Source: Sphyrna mokarran (lineage: Eukaryota). Taken from it: a DNA stretch of 64,000 nucleotides. The stretch is from assembly GCA_024679065.1 (NCBI GenBank), contig JAGIQG010000002.1, positions 121,024,001 through 121,088,000 on the forward strand, given 5' to 3'. The notes beneath the pieces are model-generated. The model was not told where the DNA came from, searched no databases, and was given only the letters and a program-made list of their open reading frames with translations. Each line of letters opens with the position of its first letter. Positions within the stretch are counted from its first letter, which is position 1. The position numbers and the translations under genes were made by a program. Of the stretch, positions 1 to 13,164 are shown piece by piece.

Positions 1-959
1 TATTTGTGTCACTGTAATAAAGTACTTGCCCTTCTGCTGTGGGAAGACAAGGCATTCAAATGTAAAACATAATTCTATATTATTGTGGTTTGGAGCCACA
101 CTGAATTTGCTTTGTTTAACCATGGATAGCAAGATGTGTAAGATTCTACAACAGAACAACCTTTCTTTGGTATATATTACAGCCTTAAAAGATAGCTGTT
201 CAATTCTGCATTAGATACAATGCAAGTACTTTAAAAATTGATGTTAGTGAATTGGTTAAAAACACTAAATTCTTCTTTCCCTATCTCTGGTCGAAGTCGA
301 GACTTTTTGAACTCAGTAACTCGGTCACCTTGTATTAAATGTCAGTGCAAGAAGTAGAATTAAAAACAACTTTATATTAGGGATATTTACTTACCATTTA
401 CTGATAAAAGAAATTATCCTACTGTCTTGTTATTAAGTTTTACATTTTCAATGCTTTTAGGGCTTTTATGTCGATAAACCTCACTCCATCAGCTTTTCAG
501 GTAGATGTTAATATTCCTTTTAAGTAATGATTCACTTGGTAAAAATGACTAGCTCTGAAAGATTCTAGAAGGTTGGAAAATGGGAAAATATTCTGCAGAT
601 GATGAGTTGCTGCTGCTGCCATCACATTATTCATCCTCTACGCATATAGGTGGGATTTCAGGAGAACAATGGAACTCAGCAGTGCCAGCCTGCGCTGAGT
701 GTTTAAGTGACTGCTGTGCGGCACTATGGTGCCTTGGTCATTAAAGGATCTTTTTCTCTTGGCTCTGTATCATTTGTCGGGCTAACGTAGTCCTGTTAAA
801 TTGCGTGACTCTGTGCATCTGAAGGTACTGACCCAGCATATCAGGAAAAAGGGTTACATGGTCTAGAAGATAAAAGAGCAAATCCTTCTGCAACAACACA
901 TTTGAGAGACAAAAACAGTTTCTAAATTCTGTAGCATCCCAACTCAGTACTGCAAAACA

Positions 960-3060
960 AACAAAAAAAAGAGATGCCACCGGAATTATGCATTGGCTTT
1001 TATCACTGGTAATGTAATGCTGCCTCGAGATAGCAATAAATTCCTTGCAGCCTTATTGTCATGGGATCGGAAAATATCTTTTCACATGAAGCATCCAGCT
1101 TTTGACAGATCGTCAAATTCAAATTGATATTTTACGTGCAAGAATTTTTATGTATGTATAATCTATATATATATATATTCAAAATTCCAATCATACCATC
1201 CTATCCGAAAGGTGAGTCCGGGATGATTTAATCCATGAATTATTCAGTTTTGAGCAGCTGGTGGAATTGCTATCTGCGAAGGGTTTCTGTGGCATTCTGC
1301 GCTGCAGACTCTCTCCATTACTCCTGTCATTTTTTTATTCCTTCAACTGCGATTCGCTTTCCCCCGTTTTGGACCCTGTCCCTTAGGGCCCTGGCTCACA
1401 TACTACATACATCAAATTGGCAAAAGCCTACACCGTGCTACTGCCTCCTCTCGCAGTTTCCACCGGCTGTCATTTTATTTGTTGGCTCATTAGATACCCA
1501 CATCCTAGCAATGCCTGCAGCTCCTGAACTTGATGTAGAAAAATGTAAAAACACATCAAGGCTGGAAGAGTGATGCAAATATTGCAATCCAGGTGGTGAC
1601 ACAGTGCTTCCTTTGTTTTCACAAATACTTTTGATATCTGGATGCTATTTCTTTGCCACCCCCCCATCCCTCCCCACCCAGCTGCGTTGCATTTATTGAG
1701 CGTAATCCATTAGATAGAACAAGCAGGTTGATGCATTAATTCCAGAGGTTGAAGCTCAGATAAAGGCTGGCATTAAAAGACAATTTTAATCCACACGCGA
1801 CGACAAAAGGATGGTGGAGCTGTTTGACGGTCGGATTTTATAGCTGCTTAAAACTGCAACTGGAAACATGAATGTGTACAACTCCATTTTTCCTCAGTCT
1901 CCAGCGTGACATACACTGCAATCCCCGGTATTCTCCACACGATGGCTAGGGATGTTGGTACTAGACAGCTGCTGCCCTGCATCCAAGAATGATTTGAAGT
2001 GAAGTAGGTCAGCAAGTCTGGCTTCTAATTTGAGTTCTGTGCTAAAGCCAGGGACAGATACTGTTGTCAATCCGTGTTATTACTGTCATCCCTGATCTGT
2101 GCTAAGACTGGAACGTCAAACTGCATGGTTGCAAAAAAAAATAGAAAGGCCTTGATCAAATGGTTGATGAAAAGTACCGTATCCTTTGTCTCGACCTTGC
2201 AGGTATGTCAGCGTGGCACACGAAACTATTAATAAAAAGGCAGGGGAACACAAGACGTCCTTCATCATAGGTTCTCATCTCAGCATTATGGGCACAGACC
2301 TGTTTTACGGTCCTGTTACTAAACTGAAAGCACTGTAATACCAAGAAAATTAACCTGTAAAACTAGTCGGCAGTTTCTGTTGCTATTTCGCTCCTGATAA
2401 TCTTGCTCTCCCACAAGGCTGACAGCGCAGGTGAAAGAATCCTATTGCTGCCCTGAGCCTGCTGCAGCGTCTGCTTTGCCGCACTGCGACTGGAAAACTG
2501 CAGCAGTAAGAGCTAGCTTTCTGGCAGTTGCGATCGTGAAGAAACCAGCAGCACTGTGACACTGCAGTCAGCTGACGCTGCAGTGTTATCATTTTAGTGG
2601 TGCTCCGTAGACTTAGACTGGTTCGCGGGGCGGTGCAAGAGAAGTGACCTCTTGGTGAAGAAGCGGACTCCGCTGAGTGCGCACGCAAAACAACTGGCTC
2701 GCTTCTGCTGCTTCTTGCCTCAAAACCATCAGTTTAAATAACTTTTGGCAGGGGAGCAAAGGAAGTGAGTTCTACTTCCTGTTGATACAATACGTGGATG
2801 AAAACCGCAGTACAGTTTCCCCTCTCCATCAGTGAAATGTCTACATTAATTGCAGCATTAATTGCAACTGTGAAGAAAATATTTATCCTCCTATTTGCTA
2901 TAGTGCAGTCCCTGACTGCATCTTTCCTTAGTTACAGTAACCCTTTAACAGGCATTGTGGTGCAAAATTTCCATTGCAGCAGCTGCCTGTAATTGGTTCA
3001 GTTTAAAATAGCTGATCCCCAATGAGGGTTAATTCTCAAAGGTTTACTGTAAGATGTTTA
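960..3060. promoter_or_regulatory. Repeat-free block with candidate conserved non-coding elements/enhancers
   Basis: No recognisable TE. Dense TAAT/TGACAG/CATTGT motifs and retained CpGs (e.g. 980-1140, 1690-1860, 2840-3050). Lies in a SOX gene desert. Conservation not tested. Confidence 0.4.
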
Positions 3061-3823
3061 ACTATGCAGAAAATAAACAATGATTCAATTGCTCAGGACT
3101 GTATATTTATGTAGGAAACGCTCTGTATATTGGGCTCCTCATTTTAAACTTGTGGGGAATAGATTCCGTGAATCTACGTTCTCCTGACTGTAAGTTTCTA
3201 CTCTCATACATACCGATACAAAGCTAAGAAAGAGCCCAGTGAAATACTTTTGTGACAGATAGCTCTATTAAACAGGACGAGGTGAGATTGGATTGAAGTA
3301 CCAACTTCAAAATCAATCACAAAATAATGACTGGACAAGCATAAAGTTTACGTCTGAGCCATTTCAAGAGATGTGGCTTTTGAAATGTCTTTCCAGAATG
3401 TTGGTGCTTCAAGTAAGATAAACTATGCAGTTATTGAAGAGGGTTGACATAGTGCCATCAACGGAAGCCGAGCTACACTATTTATTGAAATCACAACTCA
3501 CCAATATTTAAAGTGCAAAGTATTGACTTCTTCTGTTGCTCTTGAGGGTTCGAGTCTCATTCTCCCTTCCACATTGTTTCTGTCATCAACAACATAGCAG
3601 TGATTGAATTCCAGACCTCCCAAAAATGCAGATGTGGTTCAGTTACCAAGAAACTTGCAAGAATGACTCAGGGGTGAAAAGCAGCTCAATTTCCCTCTCT
3701 CTCCATAAAATTTGGCATCCATTTGGAACAAATTGGATAGCTTTTTCACAGGACACAATAGGCCTCATGTCTTACTTCTGCTTGATGAGATGTATTGGAT
3801 GTAATCAATGATAACATTGGATC

Positions 3824-3960
3824 TGTTATAATGTGGCCAATGGTAACGTGCTGACTAGCTCACCTGGTAGACTATGTAACCAATGACAAAATGATGTGAT
3901 GGTCAGCTGACCATCTGACTCAGTATAAATAAGAAGCAGTTGAGAATTATGGTGAGCTTC
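3824..3960 (+). mobile_element. Possible LTR (U3-like) remnant
   Basis: Starts TGTTATA. Two CCAAT boxes (3837, 3880), an 18-bp palindrome (3898-3915), AP-1 TGACTCA (3916-3922) and TATAAAT (3924-3930). Confidence 0.3.
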
Positions 3961-4004
3961 AATGGTTTAAGTGTTGCAGTATTGAAATGCTTTGATTTAC
4001 TTAG

Positions 4005-4295
4005 AATTCTGACAGTGCAGAAGGAGGCCATTTGGCCCATCAAGCCTGCATTGGCAACAATCCCATCCCAATCCTATTTCTACCTTAAAAGAGGCCCAAC
4101 ATATTTACCCTACTAATCCCCCTAATATTAGGAGTCAATTTAGCATAACCTATGAACATAACCCACCTATCTTTGGACTATGGAAGTAAACTGGAGCACC
4201 TGGAAGAAACTCACATAAATGTGAGGAGAATATGCAAACTTCACACAGTCACCCGAGGTTGAGTCCAGGTTTCTAGAACTGTGAGGCAACTGTGT
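4005..4295 (-). mobile_element. HE1/V-SINE, CR1-type tail
   Basis: Reverse complement has the tRNA-like head, V-domain (GTGAAGTTTGCATATTCTCC...GGTGCTCCAGTTT) and CR1 tail (GGGCCAAATGGCCTCCTTCTGCACTG). Confidence 0.85.
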
Positions 4296-4779
4296 TCCTT
4301 TTTACTTTGTCCTAATTTAATTTGAGTTTGTCTATTTGTTTTGACCTTAAAAGAAGACCACTGTGCCACAGTGCCATCCTTGTTGGAGTAAGTGTTTATT
4401 TTATTTTATTGCTTGCAATTCAAGAGTTCCTTCTGCTGGATGAACACGATGCTTTGATTCCAAATAGCTTCAGCCAACTAGGAGACCAAGGATTTTTAGT
4501 AAAACTGGACAGTTGGATTGGTTGTCAAAGGGAAAGCAAGAGTAATTGAAGCAAAAGAAGATGGTTTTTGATTGTCAGTGGCCAATCTTTACAACCACAA
4601 AATGTTACTAATTACTGTCAGTTGCTTTGTCAACAAACATCCTTCAATTGTAAGATCACATTCACTGACTAGTTCCATCTTCAGCTCCATTTATAACTCA
4701 TCCAATGATAAGAGGGCCCATGCTGATGTATTGCAGTTGAGAAATGGTGGCAAGTAATAAATTGAAACTCAAACCAGCA

Positions 4780-5170
4780 AAAGCCCCACATTTCCCTTAA
4801 ATTTTAATGACACTACCATCATTGATATCCTGGGTCATCACTAGTCAGAACAATTTCTAAATGAGCCGCACCATCACTAAAATTAGGGCAAAGACTGGAT
4901 AATTTGTGATGATTGCCTTCTATCCTTCTAAAATCTTTCTCTGTGTCATCTGCATGCCTCAGGTTCAAATTAGTAGCAGAATACTCAGAACTTGCCTGAA
5001 TATGCACAACTGTGACAACAATCAAGAAGCCCAACACCATCCAGGAAAGAATATTTCACATAATCACTGCCCTTGCCGCTTCATTCGATATGGATCCTTA
5101 AACTATCAACACACAGGATGCAGTGCATGCTAACTACATGATGAAGAACCATGAGCAAAATGCTGCAAGA
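4780..5170 (+). mobile_element. Old CR1-clade LINE fragment (second family)
   Basis: Similar to the longer copy at 21590-22300 (ATATCCTGGG, GAAGCCCAACACCATCCAGG). Confidence 0.5.
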
Positions 5171-6534
5171 ACTGTGGGTGTGCTACGGTCAACGAAACAG
5201 TTGCCAAAAATGCAACTAAAAAAATACATCAGTTCTATGAAGGGTCTCGGTCTGCGCAGACATGGGAGAGTATAAATAGCACCAGTCACAGAATGTTTGT
5301 CTAAACTTCAGTTCTGCAGAATCTCCTCCTGATGGAATTGGTACTTTGCCCACATAAACAAAGCTAGAGGAGAGAGATGACATGAAATGCTTACCATCCA
5401 TAACTGGACTGTGCTCCATACTTGGAAAGACATCTAGCAATTCATTTTCTAAGGTGGAAAATACTTTATTTTGATTTTATGCTCTTCTGGTATTAATGAA
5501 AAACATTTTAATTAAACATGAATCTCAAAGTAATTTTTTTTTTCGTGACTGCACCACAGATAAATGTAAATCAGATATAAATGTGCCATTTGCTGCCCTC
5601 AAAAGTTTCTTGATGGCTATGGTGTTTGTCAACCCAGCCTTTTTTTCACAGTTGCTTCTGGCTACAACTGTGGGTCCAAGATGGGAGGGTAATGCAGTAA
5701 ATTAGCTTTTTTTCTAAGCATTAAAAATGTGTAAATTTGTTACTGTAAAATCGTAAGATTTGTAAATTTGAAATCTTGCGGCAATAGACAACTGCAGTTT
5801 AAGTCCTTTGCTTCAGGTGTTGAATTTTAATTTTAGGTGTTTAATTTTAGGGAAGTGATTCTTGAGTCAAGCAATCATTCTGTCACTGCTCTGTCCCATT
5901 CCATACTCTATTCTGCAACTATTTCCTTTCTTGCTAGCCACTCATCTACTATTGTGCATATCCTCTTCCTCCAGATCTTAATTTTCCCACAGTTCAGTCT
6001 CTGTTGCAGACTGTTCCTCAGTTGTTTTCTTTTTTCAGCGTTGTTCCAGTCACTGTTTTTCATAGTTGTTCTTGCACCCTGCATTTCCCAGCCTGGAAAA
6101 ATCAATGCAGGGCGCAAGAACAATTCCTATTCCAATTTTCCAAGATGTGGACCATTCTTGTTTTGATTTACCAGGCAATTCCTGCTGTTCTTTTTGTAAA
6201 CACTCCTGATTTCTCTCCTTTGCTGAATATCAGTGATCCATTAAGAGCTTTGGATTGCTGAGAGATTGCCAAGCCTTTATCAATAATTTTTAAAGCAGAA
6301 TAGGACTTCTTGTTATATCAATCCTGGAATCAAATATTTTAAGTATTAATTATTTAAGTATTAATAAAATGCTCAAAAGTAGTAAACATTCAAAACAGAG
6401 AGAATGAAGAAGAAAAATCACATTGCATAATAACTGAGGACGCATCAATTGTGTTGGTATAGTCAATTAGAAAGCCTTTGGTCATATTTATTGTCAAGGA
6501 TGATATGTTGCATGAGTGAACTGCAAGTTTTTAT

Positions 6535-6900
6535 ATTTATTCTTGATGGTGGGCGTTACTGGGAAGGCCATCATATGTTGCCCATCCCTAATTACCTTTG
6601 AGAAGGTGGTGAGGGTGATTTGTCTAAGCAAGCCAGTTTGCAGTTCATGTGGTGTAGGTGCACCCACAGTGCTGTCAGAGAGGGAGTTCCAGGATTTTGA
6701 TCTAGTGACAGTGAATGAATGATGATATAGTTGCAAGTCAAGATGGTGAGAGGCTTGGAAGGGAACTTCCAGATCGTGATGGTCCCATTGCATTTGTTGC
6801 CCTTATCCTTCCTTGCAGGTTTGTAAGGTGCTGTTGAAGGAGATTTGACAAGCTGCATCTCGTAGCTGGCACATACTGTGCTGCTGGTGGAGATTGGAAA
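6535..6900 (-). mobile_element. CR1-clade LINE 3' end (second family)
   Basis: TTGCCCATCCCTAATTACCTTTGAGAAGGTGGTG tail followed by GAGGGAGTTCCAGGATTTTGA; antiparallel to 22100-22300. Confidence 0.75.
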
Positions 6901-7699
6901 TGCATTTGTGCATTGCAGGGAAGATTTCATGTCTGGAAATGAAAGACATGACTTTCAATCTGCTGCTCTTTAATTGTCATCATTCTTTTTGATTTTCATA
7001 ACACCAGCAATTCCAGCTGATTACAAAAATATATCTACTTGATAAGTAAAAGTAAAGCAAATTGGATCTATTCTAAGTGGTTGGAATAAGGTTAATCTGC
7101 AATTTTCTACATTTCAATTGTTTGTGACAGGAGGCTTCAAAGCTCAAGACTTTTACCACCTCTTCATAGATTTCCAGAATAGAAATTCACTATAAACTCA
7201 ACTGCAACTTCTTTAATTCCTTGGAAACAAGCAAAAGGTCATAAGTTTAAGAGCTAGAGTGTGTGAACCGACAAAAAAATGTTTTCCTTATTTTGCCCTG
7301 GTTGTATCAAGATCCCTTAGAGTCCTTTGGTCCAAATAGTAGGAATTAGACAGCAAATTAAAAAATCTATTGAGGGGACAATTGTGGGAAAGTTAAAAGT
7401 TGCAGCTGTTGGCACGGAGTCATAATACTTTTTTAAAAAGTGCCCTTGATTCCATGAAATAAGTGTTATCACAAAAAACAGAACTCTAAATAAACCAGTA
7501 GACTAATGTACTAATTATATGGGCCTCAAGAGAATCTAAAAGCTTATCGACTCTCTTGCCTGCAGTATCCCAGCCAATCAGGATTTAGTTTACATTTGTC
7601 TTCTCTTGCCCTCCAAAAATGTTCACCAAAGAGGGCCAACAACGAAAAGAAAGAAAGTCCCCTATTAAACCTGCAGAGGCTAGGTGAGTTAAATGCTTG

Positions 7700-8150
7700 A
7701 AGCATGAGGGGTATTTGAGAACTCTGAGTCTATATTTGATAGAATTTAAAATGATGGGGGTGGTGGGAGGGGGGGAATAATCATTGAAATTTACAGTATA
7801 TGGAAAGGTCTGGATACAGTAGATGTAGTGAAGATGTTTACACTGGTAGGAGAGACTAGGATCCAGGGCACAGCTTCAGAGTAAAGGGATGACCCTTTAG
7901 AATCAAATTGAGAAGGAATTTCTTTAGCCGGAGGGTGGTAAATCTATGGAACTCATTGCCATAGAACGTGTGAGGCCAGGTCATCGTGTGTATTTTAAGA
8001 CAGAGATAGATAGGTTCTTGATTGGTGAGGGGATCAAAGATTAAAGGGAAGAGAATAGAGTTGAGAAACATCAGCTATAATTGAATGTGAAACAATTCAA
8101 TGGGCCGAATGGCCTTATTCTGCTCTTCTGTCTTATGGCTTATGATTTAA
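7700..8150 (+). mobile_element. CR1/HER1 LINE 3' fragment
   Basis: Decayed ORF2 C-terminus (AGGAATTTCTTTAGCCGGAGGGTGGTAAATCTATGGAACTC) and tail GGGCCGAATGGCCTTATTCTGCTC...TCTTATGG. Confidence 0.85.
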
Positions 8151-8184
8151 CAAGATGCCTTCATTTTATTGTAAATTGAGCACT

Positions 8185-8570
8185 GTTTTTATTCATTCAC
8201 AGGATGTAGGTGTCGCTGGTAAGGCTTATTGCCTATCCTTACTTGCTCTTGAGAATGAAGTGGTGAATCAACTTCTTGAATACAGCTGAGTGGTTTGCTA
8301 CATCTTTTCAGAAGGCAGTTTGCAGTCAAGCAAGTTGCTCTGGGCCTGGCATCACATAGCAGTCAGATCTAAAGAATGTACTGAAATAGTTGGGTTTCTA
8401 TACCAATTTGGTGGTTACATGGCAACCATTACTGATACTAGCTTCTTTTTTTTTACAAGAAATCCAGGTTTTTGTGCAATTAACTGAATTAAAATTCATC
8501 AGCTAGTATGATGGGATTTGAACTGATGAGTCTGGATCATTACGAGTCCAGTAACATAACTATCATTCTA
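8185..8570 (-). mobile_element. tRNA-derived SINE (non-V family) with second-family CR1 tail
   Basis: B-box-like GGGATTTGAAC on the + strand. Body shared with 14300-14960 and 45630-45860. Confidence 0.65.
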
Positions 8571-9339
8571 CCATACCATATTGTTATCTTTCTTTTTCTC
8601 AGTTCCCAACCTGAGGAAACAGATTAAACAATATAATAACTTGGACTTGAAATCAGTTAAGCTGTGAAGAAAATAAAAGAAATAACCAGAAATATAAAAG
8701 CTTAAGAGGAACAGAAAGAGAGAGAGAGAGAAAGAAAAAGGAAAAGAAGACACAAATATATAGTTGAATATATCCTGCACTGGAGGATGCACAATTACAC
8801 TTTCACAGTGAAGTACACAGCAGCCATGTTTTCATTCAGCTTCTGCTACCAGTTTCCTGTAGGTCCAATAGTCTCTTCTCATTCTTGATCTTTCTTGTGT
8901 TCTGACCCAAACAAGTTGCAGTTTTTAAATGTTCTTAGAAATCATTCAGTTGGCAAAAGTATGACTATTCCCAATTTAGATCCTTAGTTTGTGAGGTTAG
9001 CTGACCTCAATCAGGGAAACATAAAAGTTGTTGCAATGAAATAGTCCCCTAGGCCTAAGGGGTGAAAATATCAGCCAGTGTTTTATTGTCATCTATTCAC
9101 TGCCAGAAAATGCACATTTATGGATGTGAGCACAAGTATTATCGCCATTTTTCACTCTCTCAAGGTTGGCTAGGTTCCTGACAGGCATTATCCAGACAAG
9201 TGCATGTAGAATGGTCACTTGGCGGAGGAATTGGAGAGTGACATATGACCCCTGGACCCATAGTATAGAACAAATCAACATCTTCAAATAGAGGGGGAGG
9301 TTATTGGAAGAGGGAGAAAAAGAAATTCTGATGGATATA

Positions 9340-9675
9340 GAAACATAGAATCCTGAGGGGGCAGTATGACACTATTCGGCCCATCAAGTCTGCACTGACT
9401 CTCCAACAGCGCATCTCACTCAGAACCAATCCCTAGTGACCCAGTGTATTTATTCTGCTAATCTGCCTAACCTACACATCTTGGGACAGTAAGAGGCAAC
9501 TTAGCATAGCCAATCCATCTAACCTGCACATCTTTCGACTTTGGGAACAAAGCAGATCACCCAGAGGAAACCCGTGCAGACACAGGAAGAACGTGCAAAC
9601 TCCACACAGACAAAGCTTTATTTGAACCCTGATCTCTGGCATTGTGAGACATCAGTGTTCATCACTGTGCCACCC
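9340..9675 (-). mobile_element. HE1/V-SINE
   Basis: CACCCAGAGGAAACCCGTGCAGACACAGGAAGAACGTGCAAACTCCACACAGAC V-domain, ending CACTGTGCCACC. Confidence 0.85.
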
Positions 9676-10235
9676 CATACATTTGGAGAGGAACCAGAAA
9701 CTTGAAAAGAACAGATTAACTTAATCATTTCTCTCACGCTGTCTTGCACTCATGACTCAACTTGCTCACCACTTTATTCCTTTTCTGTCCTCGCTCCTAC
9801 AGCACACACATACACGCACACACTGATCCATTCTCTTTCTCCATACATCCAGTTGCTCATCCCTGTCATGATACTAAGCAGCAGAGTTTAGGTGCGCTTG
9901 AGGTTATGGAGAGATGGTGAATAGGAGGGTGACCAGGAGAGCATTGTCGAGTCTGGAAATAACAAAGACAAACATAAGGGTTTCAGCAGCAGATGGGCTG
10001 GTGCAGACATGCAGAGGTACGCTGGGGAATGCAAGTGTATTTTTACCGTCTAAAACTGCAGCTGACAGCATACGTTTAGATCCTTTTATGCTGGCGGCAT
10101 TCAGAAACATGACCTGTCTTAGTTACTTTCTTGTGGCCACAGCAGCAATCTACTTTATTGTGAGCTGCCCAGGTGGAACTTTAAATAGTACCAGAAGGCC
10201 AGTATAGCACCTGCTCTCCAGAAATGGTGCTGCAG

Positions 10236-10261
10236 TATATATATATATATATATATATATT
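10236..10261. repeat. (TA)n microsatellite
   Basis: About 13 TA units. Confidence 0.95.
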
Positions 10262-11130
10262 TAAGAAATACAACTTGAAAGTGTTGCGGGCAGTCACACA
10301 CAAGTCTCAGTAGAAGAAGCACTGCAGTTGACAGGAGGCTCTGACCTTAATGCACAGGGGGAGCTAGTGAGATGGGCCCCAGCGGAAAAGCTTCATATCA
10401 CAGGGAACTTCATGCTGTGATTGATTTGATTTGTGTGATTTATGTATAGATGCATGAGAACAGTGGGAACTAGGAATGTCTGTAATGGGATGTAATTAAG
10501 TCTGCCTGGAATCACTGCTTGTTCCCTCTCTCTCCCTAACCAATTTTGGCAAAGCAGTCAAAAAGGGGTGACTCATGTCCCAAGGAAACAGGGTGCTCTT
10601 CTTAGGGTGGGGGCTGTGAGGAGGAGCCATCCTCAAAAATATCTTAACGGTCAAATTTAAATGAAATTGGCACATATCAGTTGCTTTCTTGTCTTTTTCA
10701 GATGTGGTGTGGGGCCACGTGGGGGAGGGCAGAGAAGACGGAAGGGAGTCTGGTCAGTTTTCAGCTGACCAATTCTGTGAAACATCTGTCCTTGCTACTG
10801 TTGCTTCCAGCTGCACGCTGCCACCAGGATAAATAGACAGGAAGAGAAAATAACATTTAGAATGCCGTGTAATTAAATGCAAACGGCGTGGTTGTGTAAT
10901 ACAGACCATTTTAGATATTTAAAAACAATAAGTGGAAGTGGTGTAACCTATCCTTTTTTAAACATGTGGAGCCCAATAACTCCTTCTCTGCATGTTAGCG
11001 AAAAGTTAAAACTCAGCTCTAATTATAGAGGAAACAGCATCTGCTGTTATAACTTCTCTGTGTCACATCATGACAGACATCAGCAATGAGCTGAAAACCA
11101 AGGTGGGTGAATCATTACTGCAATACATTA

Positions 11131-12730
11131 AAACAAAGAACAAAGAACAACACTGCACAGGAAACAGGCCCTTTGGCCCAACGAGCCCATGTCGCCATTT
11201 TAACATTATGAGTGCCCTCTTCTATCTATCACCTTTGTCTATGCCTATTGGGGAAGATTGAGGAAAGACTAATTTAGGGACAATTTGTTAACACCAATCA
11301 GTCTAAGAGTATGTTTTTGGGGTGTGGGAAGAAACCAGAACACCCGGAGAAAACCCACGCCAGCACGGGAAGAATGTGCAAACTCCCACAGACACTGGCC
11401 TAAATCCATGTATCTGCACATCAAACAGTGATAGTCACTGAGCTGTCCTGTTGCCCATCAGCTGGTCCAGTTTAAATGTACATTAACGACATGAAGCACT
11501 AGGCAATTCTCGAAGCAACATTTAAGAGCAGCCCTCGCATGACCCACTGCGTGTATGCCCCTTGCTGGACAACAAGGCAGACCAAATTACCTGTGGATTA
11601 AAAGAAAAGACATCAATAAACAGACATTCACGGAATCCCCAGAAGCTCAGAAGTAAGACAAGTGAGCCATAAAATATGTTGGAAGATCCATAGGAATCAA
11701 TTGATTCCCAATGATGTCCCAAGGCTCTTGAAGTTTATTTAGAACAATCTCCTGTATCCCTCCATCTCTAATCCGTTAAGTAAACCTTAAACAACTCTAG
11801 CGTGCCTGCCTCCACCATCTACTTGGCAGTACATTCCAGGCCCCCATAACCCTCTGCATGAAAAACCTCCCTCTAACATCTGAATTATATCTCGCCCCTC
11901 TCACCCTAAGCCCGTGGCCCCTCATAATTTTCGTATCCAAACTGGGATAAGCTTACCACTGTTCATTCTATCTTTACCCTTCATAATCTTGTACACCTCT
12001 ATTAGATCTCCCCTCATTCTCTGTCTTTCTAAGGAGAACAGCCCCAATTTGCCCAATCTCTCCTCATAGCTCAGTCCCTCCATAGCAGGCAGCATCCTGG
12101 TAAACCTCCTCTGCACTCTCTCCAGGGTCTCCACGTCCTTCTGGTAGTAAGGCAACCAGAATTGGATGCAATACTCCAAAGGTGGTCGAACCAACGTTCT
12201 ATATAACTGCAACATTAGATGCCAGCTTTTATACCCTATACCCCTTCGTATAAAGGCAAACATACCATAAGCCTTCTTCGCTGCCTTCTCCATCTGTACT
12301 GCCACCTTCAAGGACTTGTGTACTTGCACCCCCAGGTCTCTCTGCATTTCTATACTCTTAATAGGCCTACCATTTATTGTATAACTTCCCCCTACATTCT
12401 TTCTTCCAAAATGCATCACCTCACATTTTTCTGGATTAAATTCCATCCGCTATTTCTCCGCCCAATATACCAGCCTATGTATATCCTGCTGTATTGTCTG
12501 ACACTGCCCCTCACTATCAGCAGATCCAGTCATCTTTGTGTCCTCTGCAAACTTGCTGATCACATCACTTACTCCTTCTTCCAAGTCATTTATGTATATT
12601 ACAAATAACAAAGATCCCGGTACTGAGTCCTGTGGCACACCAGTAGTTACAGGCCTCTAGCTAGAAAAAGACCCTTCCATTATTACTCTCTGTCTCCTAT
12701 TACCAAGCCAGTTCTCAATCCATCTAGACA
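11131..12730 (-). mobile_element. 5'-truncated CR1 LINE with a SINE-containing 3' UTR (chimeric family, copy 1)
   Basis: RT pieces 12450-12638 (PQDSVPGSLLFVIYINDL, KFAEDTK) and 11922-12446 (FNPEKC, LYRTLVRPPLEY, LERVQRRFTRM). Then a unique spacer, a V-SINE-derived block 11280-11460 and a (TTCTTTG)n tail. Confidence 0.9.
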
Positions 12731-13037
12731 CCTGTCCTTGTAGGTTCCCACGTCTTCAAAAAGATTTATAAAGAACCATGAGAATGTTTAATTCTCTTTA
12801 GCTCCACTCATTTTTAGTGGCATTTATTGGAAAAGGTTGCTTAGATGAGACTGTTCTTGGAATAATGAAATAATCTACTTCCCTCATACCAGTGGGGTCC
12901 TTCTCACTATTCAACAAGGCAAAATTTCTTTGGGACAGTCCATTGTCCATTGCAAGGGGGATCCTTTTTTTTAATTTTGATCATTTTTAGATCGGGCTGC
13001 ACTCTAAAAATGTTGCCCCAGTTTCCTGAAAGCCAAT

Positions 13038-13164
13038 TGGTGGAATTTTGCATTCCTACCCACCATGAGAATCATAGTGAGCGGGACATAGACCACACAA
13101 AGATCCCTCGACCTTGGATGGGATTTTCTGGCTTTGGGCAAAGCGTGGCTAGAAAATCCTGCCC
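13038..13164. mobile_element. Short Harbinger-like MITE
   Basis: Termini TGGTGGAATTTT / AAAATCCTGCCC; similar to 20065-20172. Confidence 0.55.

Noticed and set aside
1205-1220. Strong splice donor AAG/GTGAGT suggesting an exon (e.g. of CDKAL1 or a lncRNA)
   Set aside because: No convincing acceptor or coding frame upstream and no recognisable CDKAL1 peptide anywhere in the window.
11922-12638. Functional reverse transcriptase gene
   Set aside because: 5'-truncated, with in-frame stops and the catalytic ADD changed to AED. All LINE ORFs in the window are fragments.
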